64,000 bases of DNA from an uncultured Solirubrobacterales bacterium (GCA_963837735.1 CAWIOM010000010.1:210917-274916); one strand, 5' to 3'; positions 49,561 to 59,504 are shown, numbered from the stretch's first letter. Numbers and translations: made by a program. Notes: generated by a model not told the origin, from the sequence alone.

Positions 49561-50205
49561 TCAGCCCTCGCGCCGGCCCTGGAAGAAGAAGTAGAGCCCC
49601 GAGCGACTGGTCTCGCCGACCGCGATGCCGGCCCCGGCGAGCCACCCGAGCAGCTCCGGTTCCGTGCACATCGGGCCGAAGCCACCCCTGTGGGGTCGCA
49701 GCAGCAGGCGCTGGCGGAGGCTGTCGCCGCGCACGAACGAGGCGCCGACGAGCCGCCCCCCGGGCTTCAGTACGCGGCCGATCTCGGCCACCGCCGCTTG
49801 CGGGTCGGGGAAGCAGTGGATCCCCCAGAGGGAAAGGAAGAGGTCGGCGCTGGCCGGCTCGAGCGGGAGGTCTTCGGCCCTCGTTTCGACGAACTCGATT
49901 CGGTCGAGCGCGCGCTTGCGAGCCCGCTCGCGCACCCGGCGGAGCATCGCCGGAGAGAGGTCGGCGGCGACGTAGCGGACGTCGCGGCCCGGGTTGAGCG
50001 CGCGCAGTGCCGGCCCGGCACCGCAGGGGCAGTCGACGATCGTCGCCCCGTCGGTGACCTCGCCGACCGCCGCCATGCTCTCGTAGTAGGGCTTGGTGTC
50101 CCCGCCCCAGATCAGCCTGCCGATCCGGCGGCTGAGTCGCGGTCGCTCCATGTAGGCGCTGTAGGCCGCGCCGAGGGGAGAGGCGTAGAAGTCGTCGCGC
50201 GACAT
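49561..50205 (-). CDS. class I SAM-dependent methyltransferase
   Basis: ATG at 50203-50205. Motifs: IVDCPCGAGPA and LKPGGRLVG. Confidence 0.75.
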   Translation of the reverse strand: MSRDDFYASPLGAAYSAYMERPRLSRRIGRLIWGGDTKPYYESMAAVGEVTDGATIVDCPCGAGPALRALNPGRDVRYVAADLSPAMLRRVRERARKRALDRIEFVETRAEDLPLEPASADLFLSLWGIHCFPDPQAAVAEIGRVLKPGGRLVGASFVRGDSLRQRLLLRPHRGGFGPMCTEPELLGWLAGAGIAVGETSRSGLYFFFQGRREG

Positions 50206-50241
50206 CCGGCCGCACTCTACGCCCGGGGCCGGGCCGCGATT

Positions 50242-50841
50242 GTGATTTCTTTCACGCGATGGCCGCCGCCGCCCGATCCCCTCCGCGTCCTTGGCGAGTG
50301 GATCGAGGAGGCCGGTGAGGCCGGCCTCGCACAGCCCGGATCCGTCGCCTTCGTCACCGTCGGCGAGGACGGGCGCCCCTCGGCCCGGACCGTCAACCTG
50401 AAGCGGCTGGAGGACGACGCTCTGCTCTTCACCTCGGCGCTCTGGACGCGCAAGGCCCGGGAGGCGGAGGCCAACCCGAACGTGGCGCTGCTCTTCCACT
50501 GGCCGTCGCTGGGCCGTCAGGTTCACGTGATGGGGACCGCGGAGCTCACCGACCGGGCCCTGGCCGAGGAGCTCTTCGCCGAGCGCGACCTCTTCCACCA
50601 GCTGCAGACCGTCGTCTCCCGGCAGGGCGAGCCGATCGAGGACCTTGGCGAGATCCGCGGCCGTCTCTCGCACCTGGCCCAGGTTCAGGAGACGGCGCCC
50701 GACTGCCCGCCCGACTGGGGCGCGCTGCGGGTGCGGCCGGAGGTCGTCGAGCTATGGAGCGAAGCAGACGACCGAATCCACGAGCGGCGGCTATTCGCCC
50801 GACGCGGCGACGGCTGGGACGTCACCCTGCTCGCGCCGTAG
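50242..50841 (+). CDS. pdxH: pyridoxamine 5'-phosphate oxidase family protein (PdxH-like)
   Basis: NPNVALLFHWPSLGRQVHVMG and the C-terminal WGALRVRPEVVELWSEADDRIHERRLF...LLAP resemble PdxH. The start is uncertain (GTG at 50242). Confidence 0.65.
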   Translation: MISFTRWPPPPDPLRVLGEWIEEAGEAGLAQPGSVAFVTVGEDGRPSARTVNLKRLEDDALLFTSALWTRKAREAEANPNVALLFHWPSLGRQVHVMGTAELTDRALAEELFAERDLFHQLQTVVSRQGEPIEDLGEIRGRLSHLAQVQETAPDCPPDWGALRVRPEVVELWSEADDRIHERRLFARRGDGWDVTLLAP

Positions 50842-52389
50842 GGGGGTCGCGCCCCTGATCAGGTCGGCGGCGCGCTCGGCGAGGGCGATCACCGGCGCGT
50901 TGGTGTTGCCGCGCGGCACCTTCGGCATCACCGAGCAGTCGACGACCCGTATGCCCTCGAGGCCCTCGACCGCGAGGTTCTCGTCGACCACGGAGCCGAT
51001 CGCGCAGGTCCCGACCGGGTGGTAGATCGGGAAGGTGGTGCGGGCGACGTGGGCGGCGATCGCCTCGTCGGAGTCGCCGTCCGGCGCCCAGTGCGGCTCC
51101 GAGCAGAAGCCCTTCAGCGCGGGCCGGCCGCAGATGTCCAGGGTCAGCCTCATGCCCGCGACCATCCGCTCCAGGTCGGACCCGGCGGTGTAGAAGGCGT
51201 TGTGGATCACCGGCTGCGCGGTCGGGTCGTTGGAGGCGAGGGTCACGGATCCGCGGCTCTCGGGCGTGAGCAGGCAGACCGAGGCCAGCATTCCGTGGCC
51301 CTCGGGGTCGGAGAAGCCCTCGTCGACGAGCTGTAGCGGCACGGTGTGGAACTGGACGTCCGGGGCCTCGGCGCCGGCTCCGACCCTGGCGAAGCCTCCC
51401 GACTCGGCGAAGTTCGAAGTGAACACCCCGGTCCTGGAGGCTTCGTACTGCTCCAGCGCTGCCGGCTCCATCGCGTCGAGCAGGCTGCTCTGCTCGGTGG
51501 CCGTCCAGACCCCGTAGGCGCAGGCGTGGTCGCTGAGGTTCTGGCCGACGCCGGGCTGGTCCAGCAGGACCTCGACTTCGCGCATCGCCAGGTGCTCGGC
51601 CGGGCCGACGCCGGAGAGCATCAGCAGCTGCGGCGAGTTGAAGGTTCCCCCGCAGAGGATCACCTCGCGCTCGGCACGCAGCTCCTGTGCCTCGCCGAGC
51701 TGGGTCGCCTCGACCCCGACCGCGCGCTTGCCCTCGAAGAGCACACGGTCGACGTGCATGAACGGCATCACGGTCAGGTTTGGCCGCTGGGCCATCGCCG
51801 GGTGCAGGTAGGCGACGGCGGCACTCGCCCGCATCCCCTCGCGCTGGGTCACCTGGTAGATGCCGACGCCGTCCTGCTCGGCGCCGTTGAAGTCCTCGTT
51901 CCGCTCGAGGCCCGCTTCGGCGCCGGCCTCGACCCAGGCGGAGGCGAGGGGCTGTCCGGAGCGCTGCTCGGAGACCGGGAGCGGCCCGCCGACGGCGTGC
52001 CACTCGGACTCGCCGCGCTCGTTGTCCTCGGATTTGAGGAAGTAGGGGAAGAGGTCGTCCCAGGCCCAGCCGTCGACGCCCCATTCGTCGTAGTCGCGGT
52101 GGTTGCCGCGGATGTAGACCATCGCGTTGATCGAGGAGGAGCCGCCGAGCACCTTGCCGCGCGGCAGCGCGATCCGGCGGCCGCCGCAGTTGGGCTCCGG
52201 CGCCGAGACGTAGTCCCAGTCGACGTCGGTCCGCTGCAGCTGCAGGTAGCCGAGCGGGACGTGGATGTTCTCCTTCGTGTCGGGGCCGCCGGCCTCGAGC
52301 AGCAGGACCTTTGTGTCGGGGTCCTCGGAAAGGCGAGCGGCGAGCACGCACCCGGCCGATCCGGCTCCGACGATCACGTAGTCGTACAT
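50791..52389 (-). CDS. GMC-family FAD oxidoreductase (choline/alcohol dehydrogenase, AlkJ-like)
   Basis: MYDYVIVGAGSAGCVLAARLSED and GGSSSINAMVY, with a C-terminal HPVGTCAIG. Confidence 0.9.
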   Translation of the reverse strand: MYDYVIVGAGSAGCVLAARLSEDPDTKVLLLEAGGPDTKENIHVPLGYLQLQRTDVDWDYVSAPEPNCGGRRIALPRGKVLGGSSSINAMVYIRGNHRDYDEWGVDGWAWDDLFPYFLKSEDNERGESEWHAVGGPLPVSEQRSGQPLASAWVEAGAEAGLERNEDFNGAEQDGVGIYQVTQREGMRASAAVAYLHPAMAQRPNLTVMPFMHVDRVLFEGKRAVGVEATQLGEAQELRAEREVILCGGTFNSPQLLMLSGVGPAEHLAMREVEVLLDQPGVGQNLSDHACAYGVWTATEQSSLLDAMEPAALEQYEASRTGVFTSNFAESGGFARVGAGAEAPDVQFHTVPLQLVDEGFSDPEGHGMLASVCLLTPESRGSVTLASNDPTAQPVIHNAFYTAGSDLERMVAGMRLTLDICGRPALKGFCSEPHWAPDGDSDEAIAAHVARTTFPIYHPVGTCAIGSVVDENLAVEGLEGIRVVDCSVMPKVPRGNTNAPVIALAERAADLIRGATPLRREQGDVPAVAASGE

Positions 52390-52439
52390 CGGATCCTCCT
52401 CCTGGCCGGTTCCACCCGGCCGGTTCGCGTCAGTCCACC

Positions 52440-52931
52440 CTACCCCTGTTTGCCGTAGTAGACGACGAATCGCTGCCCGAAGCCGTGGCGCTCGTAGAAG
52501 CGCTGGGAGTCGACGTTGCTCGTCGTCGTGGTGATCGCGATCTCGTCGACGCCGATCTCCGCGAGGCGTCCCCGGACCGCGCCGAGCAGGGCGCTGCCCA
52601 CACCGGAGCCCCGACTTTCCGGGAGGACGGAGAGCGTCTCCAGCTCGGCCAGGCGATCCCCGGTCGCCCAGGACGCGTAACCGGGCCCGACTGTGACGAA
52701 CGCATACCCGACCTGTCCCTCGTCCTCTTCCGCGAGGGCGAAGAAGGAGTCGGGCTCGAGCAGCCATCGCTCGTATTTCGTCCGCCGCCTGGCCCATGCC
52801 TCCGACGGGGCACGCGCCGGGGTCCCGGCGGCGAGGCTCGGGGTGATCCGCGCGTGGTGCTCCTGGAGCGCGTTCCAGAGGGGCTCGAGCAGGTCGAGCT
52901 CGCCGGCGTCGGAGCTGAGACGGACGATCAC
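52440..52931 (-). CDS. GNAT-family N-acetyltransferase
   Basis: GTG start overlaps the upstream stop (GTGA). LSVLPESRGSGVGSALL. Confidence 0.75.
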   Translation of the reverse strand: MIVRLSSDAGELDLLEPLWNALQEHHARITPSLAAGTPARAPSEAWARRRTKYERWLLEPDSFFALAEEDEGQVGYAFVTVGPGYASWATGDRLAELETLSVLPESRGSGVGSALLGAVRGRLAEIGVDEIAITTTTSNVDSQRFYERHGFGQRFVVYYGKQG

Positions 52932-53509
52932 CGATCGAGCCGGCGGCGAAGGTTGTCGCGCACGGCGGGCCACTCGGCGTCGATCACGCTGTAGTAGGCG
53001 GAGTCGCGCAGGCCGACGTCGGGGAGGATCATGTGGTTGCGGAGCACACCCTCGAACTGGGCCGGGATCGCGGCCAGCGCCGCCCGCGAGCGCTCGTTGC
53101 GGGCGTCGGTCTTGAACTCGACCCGGACGCACTCGAGCGTCTCGAAGGCGTGCTCGAGCATCAGCAGCTTGGCCTCGACGTTGGCGCCCGTCCGCCAGGC
53201 CCGGGGGTTGAGCCAGGTCCAGCCGATCTCGACGACCCTGTCGGCGGGGCGGACGTTGAGGTAGCGGCTGCTGCCGACCGCCGCCCCGGAGGCGCGCTCG
53301 CGGGTCAGGAACGGGCCCTCGGTGCCCGCCCGAACCGCCTCGAAGGTCAGCTCGAGCCAGAGATCGAAGCGCTCGGGCTCGTTGAGGTTTGCCAGCCAGT
53401 CCCAGATCTCGGGCGCCTGGGCCGGCTCGCGGAGCTGATCGGCGTTCTCCTCGGTGAGCGGCTCGAGGACGACGATCGATCCCTCGAGCCGTTTGGTCAG
53501 CGGCTGCAT
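52928..53509 (-). CDS. GNAT-family N-acetyltransferase (RimJ/RimL-like)
   Basis: 193-aa ORF with IGWTWLNPRAWRTGANVEAKLLMLEHAFE. Confidence 0.8.
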   Translation of the reverse strand: MQPLTKRLEGSIVVLEPLTEENADQLREPAQAPEIWDWLANLNEPERFDLWLELTFEAVRAGTEGPFLTRERASGAAVGSSRYLNVRPADRVVEIGWTWLNPRAWRTGANVEAKLLMLEHAFETLECVRVEFKTDARNERSRAALAAIPAQFEGVLRNHMILPDVGLRDSAYYSVIDAEWPAVRDNLRRRLDR

Positions 53510-53516
53510 GAGGCGA

Positions 53517-53951
53517 TCAATCGTAGGCCGACAGGGGGAGCTCCAGCATCAGGGTCACCGGCCCGTCGTTGACCAGGGCGACGCCCATGCAGGCGCCGAA
53601 GACTCCCTTCTTCGCCCCCAGCCGCTCGCAGAAGCGGTCATACAGCGGCTCGGCCTCCTCTCCGGGGGCCGCCTGCAAATAGCTCGGCCGGTTGCCGTGG
53701 CGGGCGTCTCCGTAGAGGGTGAACTGGCTGACGCAGAGGACCTCGCGGTCGCCGAGCGGCTCGTTGAGGCGCCCCTCGGCGTCGTCGAAGATCCGCAGAG
53801 CGCGGACCTTGTCGGCGAGCCGGTCCGCCTGCTCGGTGTCGTCTTCGACCGAGACGCCGAGCAGGACCAGCAGCCCCGGGCCGATCTGGGCGACGCGCTC
53901 GCCCTCGACGTCGACGGCCGCCTGGCTGACCCGTTGGACCAATGCCCTCAC
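53517..53951 (-). CDS. dtd: D-aminoacyl-tRNA deacylase
   Basis: MRALVQRV...LLVLLGV...SQFTLYGD...GNRPS. Confidence 0.92.
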   Translation of the reverse strand: MRALVQRVSQAAVDVEGERVAQIGPGLLVLLGVSVEDDTEQADRLADKVRALRIFDDAEGRLNEPLGDREVLCVSQFTLYGDARHGNRPSYLQAAPGEEAEPLYDRFCERLGAKKGVFGACMGVALVNDGPVTLMLELPLSAYD

Positions 53952-54034
53952 AGGCTCAGCGTAATCTCGTCGGCGTGGAGACGCAGCTGACCGAGATGGG
54001 GGAGATGGTCTGCGCCCGTCACTGAGTACCGCCG

Positions 54035-54409
54035 CTAGGCGGCGTCGAACAGTGCGCAGTCCTCGATCGCCTGACAGCTGCAGGCGGTTGCCGCGGCGAG
54101 CCAGCCCCGCATCGCCTCGGTCCGCTCGATCAGGGCCTCGACTTCAGGCAGCTTGCGCTCGGCGAGCTCGCGGAGCTGCTCGTGCGCCGGCGCTCCGGCG
54201 TCCGTCGAGGCAAGCAGGGTGCGTACCTGGGCGAGCGAGAACCCGGCCTGCTTGGCTACGTCGATCGTCCCCAGCCGCCGGACCGTCTCGGAGGTGTAGC
54301 GGCGCCGGCCGGACTCCCGCTCCGGCTCCGGCAGCAGCCCATGGCGCTCGTAGTACCGGATTGCCGACACGTTGACGCCGGCCCGCTCCGCGACCTCCCC
54401 GATGCTCAG
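54035..54409 (-). CDS. MerR-family transcriptional regulator (apparent CTG start)
   Basis: The HTH LSIGEVAERAGVNVSAIRYYERHGLL starts upstream of the first GTG (54370). The only in-frame candidates after the TAG are CTG (54407-54409) or ATC (54422-54424). The C-terminus has Cys-x-Cys. Confidence 0.75.
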   Translation of the reverse strand: MSIGEVAERAGVNVSAIRYYERHGLLPEPERESGRRRYTSETVRRLGTIDVAKQAGFSLAQVRTLLASTDAGAPAHEQLRELAERKLPEVEALIERTEAMRGWLAAATACSCQAIEDCALFDAA

Positions 54410-54437
54410 CGTTGCTTCCGTGATCTCGAATCGCCCC

Positions 54438-54464
54438 TTGACCTAAACCTCGGTTCAGGGTCAA
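54438..54464. promoter_or_regulatory. MerR-type operator-like inverted repeat TTGACC-N15-GGTCAA in the divergent promoter
   Basis: TTGACCTAAACCTCGGTTCAGGGTCAA lies between the MerR start and ATG 54476. Confidence 0.45.
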
Positions 54465-54475
54465 CAGTAGCCCCG

Positions 54476-54813
54476 ATGGCCAAGAAAGCCGAAACGCCCG
54501 AGGAGCTGCCGATCGCCTGCAGCCTCGACGCGGCCGCCCTCGGGGATCGGCTGGCGCGCTTGGCAGGCCTCGGCGCCGCGAGCCTGCTCGGTGCCGAGGG
54601 GAGGAGCGGCAGCCACACGCTCCGCTTCTCCGACGACCCTGCCACCCGGGCCGCGCTCGAGGAGGCGCTCGCCGCGAGGCGGAGTGCTGTCCGTTCCTCG
54701 GGCTCTCGCTGGCTCGCGCCGGGGGCGAGCTGGTCCTCGACATCGATGCTCCGGCGGGCGGCGAGGCGATCGCCGACGAGCTCGCCGCGGCGTTCCGAAC
54801 CGCCTGGATCTAG
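54476..54813 (+). pseudogene. small Cys-motif protein divergent from MerR (one frameshift near 54675)
   Basis: MAKKAETPEELPIACSLDAAALGDRL... is followed, after a frame change, by EAECCPFLGLSLARAGGELVLDIDAP...AAFRTAWI. Confidence 0.5.
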
Positions 54814-57800
54814 CGGACGCGGCCGCCGGCCGACCTCGAGCTGCCGCTGGGGAGCGGGTCGGCAACCGTGGCCGAGATCACCGCCTCCACCGTCAGCCGG
54901 CCGCCGGCCGACTTCAGCTTCGTCGGGATGACGATGCCCCGGGCCAGCCGGCGGGCCGACCTGCGCCCGGGGGGCAGCTGCTTGCTCGCCTGGCCGACGA
55001 CCTTCCTGCCGCGGCGGACCTCGACGCCGACGACGAGCGCGTCGAGCTTGCCGACCCTGCCGGCGAGCCTGGCTCGGACCCGGGCCAGCACCCGCTTGCC
55101 CTTCGTCTTCGCGCTCACCCGGATCTGCTTCACACGCACCTGCGGCCGCAGGTGGTTGCGCAAAACCCTTCGCCTCCCGTTGACCCTGGCGGGGAGGCTG
55201 CGGCCGAGCCGCTTCCAGCGCGGCGCCAGGGTCACCCTGGCGCCCGACCCGAGGCGCAGCTTCGTCTTCAGTCGGGCCGCGACGTCGCGTTTGCCGTAGC
55301 TCGCCAGCTCGACCGTGACGTTACTCGCGGGGCCGGCGTGGGTGAGCTTGACGGCGTCGCCCTTGCCGGCGAGCTTGAGCTGCGTCCTGCCCCCGCGGGC
55401 GCCGCTGACCCGGACCAGGTGCCCGGATTTGTCGGAGATCACGGTCAGGTCGACGTCGGTCGAGCCCGACCCCGCCTTGAAGCCGATCCCCTGGGTGCTC
55501 CCCTTCGGCAGCAGCGCTGTGTTGCCGCCGCCCCTCCTGGCGCTCGCCTTCGCACCGGGGCCGTCGGCATGGATCTCGGCGCTCGCGCCTTCGCCGAAGA
55601 CGCCGGCGTCGATGTTCCCCTTCGAGTTCGTCGGCAAGGGGATCGAGTGCGCCTTGCCCGAGTCGGCCGCGATCACCGATCCGTCGCCGTCGGGGTAGCC
55701 GAGGCTCATCACCCCCGATTTGACTTCGGCCGAGACGCTCGCCGCCGTCGGCGAGCTCGCCGAGGCCGAGGCGGTGGAATTGAGGCCGGGAGTCGCCAGC
55801 GCCCGCAGGCCCTCGAGGCTGGCCAGTGAGCCTGGCACGACCGGCAGCTCTTTCTCGACCGAGAACCAGGAGAGGTCCCCGGTCGGCCCGCTCCGCGGCC
55901 CGCGGATTTCTTCGCCGGCGTCGTTTTTCCCAGCCGGCACCGAGATTCCGGGCATCGTCCAGCCGCCGCCCGGCGAGACCTCGATCCGGCTCAGGTTCTG
56001 ATCGAGGCTCTGATGGAAGAGGCCGTTGCCGTTCTCGGCGGGCTGGAACGGGTAGTTGTTGTCGTAGACGCGGATGAAGAAGCCGCCGTCGGAGCGGCCT
56101 TCGATGTCGTAGACGTCGACCGCGTGTCCGCTTCCGTCCCAGCTGATCACCAGCATCGGCCGCCTGCCGGCCCGCAGTTCTCGTTCCAGCGCCGCGCGCA
56201 TCGTGCCCGGCCCGGTGACGGCGTTGAGCGAGCGCCGCGCGACCCAGAGTTGGATGAACTCGGCGGTCATCTGGATCGGGTGCTGGATCGCCGCGTACTT
56301 GATCGGCGAGTACTCGGCCCGCCCCTCGAGCGGGATGTCACCCCGGCCGGGAATCGTCTCGCGCCCGGTCCGCTGCAGGGACCAGACCGGCGCGGCCGCG
56401 GGGGCAGGCCCCGGAGGCCGGCCGTGCACGGTCACCTGGCCCGCCGCGATCCGCCGGCTGGCGACCGCGAGGCCCACGCAGGTGCCGCCGCGGTGGTAAA
56501 ACGCGGACTCGCCGAGGATCGTCTGCATCAGGCCCTGTTGCGGGGTCGGAATCGGGGTCACGACGTCCCAGCAGCCGGGGAAGAAGAGGCCGATGTCGCA
56601 GGCGGTCAGGTTCGTCTGGCGCGGGCCGAGCAGCTCCTGCCAGTCGCGCAGCGAGCCGGCTCCGACCGGTTTCGGCTCGTCGCGTTCGTCGACGGTGCCG
56701 TCTTCGTTGACGTCGTCCCAGTCGCCGTCCTCGTTTTCGAAGTTGAAGCCGAAGCGGTTGCGGTAGGAGGCGACGATCGCGTCAGGGAGGACCCCGGCCC
56801 CGGATATGACCGTGCCGGACGGGTTGACGACCGCGATCGCGCCGCTGGTCGCGAGGCGGGGTGTCGCGGCCCCCGCCGAGACGCGGTTCGGGTCCTCGGC
56901 CGTCGGGCTCGGGTTCACGGTGGCGGGCACCGTCGCCTGGTCGTTGCCGAAGCGCACCTGGGCTCCCGGGCAGAGCCCGTCGCCGGCGACCGTCACCCCG
57001 GTGCCTGCGAAGAGCCCCTGGGGGGTCGTCAGCCCGGTCGGTGAGAACGAGGTGAGGCGGGGCGCCGCTCGCACGACGTCGAATGGCAGCGTGCGCTCGA
57101 CCCCGCCGTTGCTGGCGACGACCTTCAGCGGCACGGGAGCATCGAACTCGGGGTCGTCGCCGCGCGTGACGCTGACCGTCCCTTCGCCGAACTGGCCGGA
57201 GCCGATCGTCGGCGGCGAGACCGAGACGCCGAGGTCGCTCGGGATCGCCCCGGTCGAGAACCGGTACTCGACCCTCAGGTCGACGTCGCCTCCGTAGTAG
57301 ACGTTGCGGTCGACGTAGAAGTGGAACCGGGTGGTCGCGCAGCGCTCCGGGCGCACCGGCAGCGGGTCGGTGGCGCGCAGCCCGAATGGCGACTCGATCC
57401 GGAAGTCGATGTCGAGCGTCGCGGGTGGGCAGCGAGGAGAACCCGGTGACCGTGAGCGTCTGTTTGGCGCTGTCGGCCGCGCTCGTCGGCAGGGTCAGCG
57501 TCGCAGTTGTCGCGTTGCCGGTCGTCGGGTTCGGGCTGAAGGAGACGCCCTCGCCCGTGACGCCGGGCACGTTGCCGCTGAGGGTGACCGAGCCCGTGAA
57601 CCCGTTGAGCCGCTGGATCCCGATTTTGTACTGCTTGGACGCGCCCGGGAAGACGATGCCGCCCAGGTCTTCGGTGACCAGCTGGTAGTCCTGTTCGGCC
57701 GCCGGGTCGAGCGTGTATTCGAGGTCGTCGACCCTGGTTTCCTCGTATGCAGTCGGTGCCGTGAGCCGGAAGAGGTAGAAGGAGGCGCCGCTTTCGGCAT

Positions 57801-58293
57801 GGGCGCTGAGCGACGTCCAGGCGCCGGACCCGACCGTGGCGCTGGTGTGCACCGTGCCGCCTCCGCTGCGGTAGGCGTCGAGGCCGAACGTCGCCGAGCC
57901 GGAGGCCGTGCGGACCCAGATCGTCATGTCGGTGACGACGCTGGTGAAGCGACCCTCGAGCCCCGGGTGGGGGAACTCTTCGCCGATCGCGGCGGTCGTC
58001 ACGTTGAGGCTGTGGGTGCCGGAGCGGGCGGGAGCGCCGGTCTTGGCGACCGGCAGGTAGGCGCCCGAGGCGGGGTTTTCGGTGAAGTAGACGCCGTTCG
58101 ATTGGAACTGCGTGTTGACCTGGGTGCCGTCGGTTTGGGCCGGCGACTCGAAGTCCTCGGTGACGGTGACCGCCTGCGCCGCGGCCGGCCCGGCGAGGGC
58201 AAGGGCCACGCCGCCCGCGAGGGTCGCTGCCAGTCTACGGACGCGCAGCCTGTGGGTGCCCCGGTCGCCCTGCTGCCGGTATTGCGAAGACAC
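54810..58293 (-). pseudogene. ~1160-aa secreted multidomain protein with jelly-roll-like N-domain, IPT/TIG-like repeats, putative papain/C39-like cysteine peptidase core and polybasic C-terminal region (one frameshift near 57420)
   Basis: Signal peptide: RRLAATLAGGVALALAGPAAAQA. ORF 56782-58293 joins ORF 54810-57356 at ...TVTGFSSLPT|ATLDIDFRIESPF. Candidate catalytic motifs are GGTCVGLAVAS, SGHAVDVYDI and RVYDNNYP. Confidence 0.65.
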
Positions 58294-58367
58294 GATTTGA
58301 GGATAGCGCTCGCTTCGAGGCCCTCATATGGGCGTCCGCCGCGGGGCAGCCGGGGCGGGGCCGAGCC

Positions 58368-59000
58368 TCAGCGGCGCTCGCCCTTCCGGCGCCCGCGCGT
58401 CGCGATCCCGACCGATGCGGCCACTCCGAGCGCCAGCGTGGCGACGGCCAGGGCGGCGATCGCGATCCCCTTGGCGTTGCTCGCCTCGTCGCTGGCCTCT
58501 TCCACGCGCTGCCCTTCGCGGGCGAGCCGTTGAACGATTTCCCCGGTCGTCGGGTCTTTGACCGGGAACTCGACATCGGAGCTTTCGCCCACGCACTGAA
58601 AGGTCGCTTCCGAACAGGTGGCGCTCGCGTCGAGCGTTCGGCCGTCCACCGACCCCGTGACGTGGAAGGAGTATGTGCCGGGTCTCGCGGGAACGATCTG
58701 TGCGTGGAGCCGGCCGGGCTGCTGGTCGGGTATGAGCGGCAGCGTCACCACCGCGTCGCCGTAGGCGACTTCCACCGAAAGCGCTCCCGCGGGGACCTCG
58801 ACCGGGGCGCCCGAGGAATCGGACACGTTCACGTTCACGGAGTTGTCCAGGTTGGCGAGCGGGGGCTCGCTTTCCCACCCCATCTCGACGAGAAACGGCC
58901 CCGAAGCCTTGATCACGTGCCCCGACGCCCCGGGCGCCAGGACCAGGATGAGCAGCGTGATCGGGACGATCACTCGCCCCCCTCGCCCCGCCTTGAGCAT
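58368..59000 (-). CDS. secreted protein with N-terminal His after the signal peptide and a C-terminal TM anchor (YcnI/DUF1775-like, tentative)
   Basis: VPITLLILVLAPGASG|HVIK... The C-terminus is IAIAALAVATLALGVAASVGIATRGRRKGERR. Confidence 0.45.
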   Translation of the reverse strand: MLKAGRGGRVIVPITLLILVLAPGASGHVIKASGPFLVEMGWESEPPLANLDNSVNVNVSDSSGAPVEVPAGALSVEVAYGDAVVTLPLIPDQQPGRLHAQIVPARPGTYSFHVTGSVDGRTLDASATCSEATFQCVGESSDVEFPVKDPTTGEIVQRLAREGQRVEEASDEASNAKGIAIAALAVATLALGVAASVGIATRGRRKGERR

Positions 59001-59111
59001 TTCTTCTCCTCGATCCGTGGACAGGCGACCGCCGTCCGGCGATCCACCTGGAATCTACCTTCGGCCGGGGTCCCGATCTCCGTTGGAACGCAAAAACCGC
59101 GCCGGAACGGC

Positions 59112-59225
59112 TCAGCCGGCGCCGATCTCGCGATAGCGGTCCGCCAGCTGGAGGATGTGCTCGCGCATCAGCGTGGCGGCGCGCTCGGAGTTCTGGTCGC
59201 GCACCGCCTCGGAGCATCGCGGCAT
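59112..59225 (-). pseudogene. remnant of a GntR/FadR-type regulator (FCD-domain C-terminus only)
   Basis: Hand translation gives MPRCSEAVRDQNSERAATLMREHILQLADRYREIGAG*. There is no upstream DNA-binding domain. Confidence 0.4.
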
Positions 59226-59334
59226 CTGCCCGCAACCCCGCCCTCGCATCATGCATACGCTCACCTTCTGACCCCTTCCACGTCCGCAGCCAATTCGCTC
59301 CTTCCGCCCTTGCCCGAATCCGCTTCAGGAGTTC

Positions 59335-59451
59335 ATGGGATACGCGACCATCGAGGAGACCTTCTCGCGTTACGGGCATCTGATGCCCGGAGCACGGGCG
59401 AAGGCCCGCACGCTGGTCGACGCCTACATGGCGTCGGCGCTGGCCGCGTAG
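59335..59451 (+). pseudogene. remnant of a tyrosine recombinase/integrase (C-terminal ~38 codons)
   Basis: QEFMGYATIEETFSRYGHLMPG... resembles the conserved integrase end (LGH..I..T...YgH with the catalytic Tyr). No N-terminal part is present. Confidence 0.5.
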
Positions 59452-59504
59452 GGATTGACTTGAGTCGCTCCCGCGGCGCCGTCAGCCGTCGATAGGTTCA
59501 GTCG

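Noticed and set aside
59335-59451. A functional integrase gene.
   Set aside because: Only the last ~38 codons are present, with no N-terminal core-binding or catalytic Arg/His regions in any frame nearby. I list it as a remnant.
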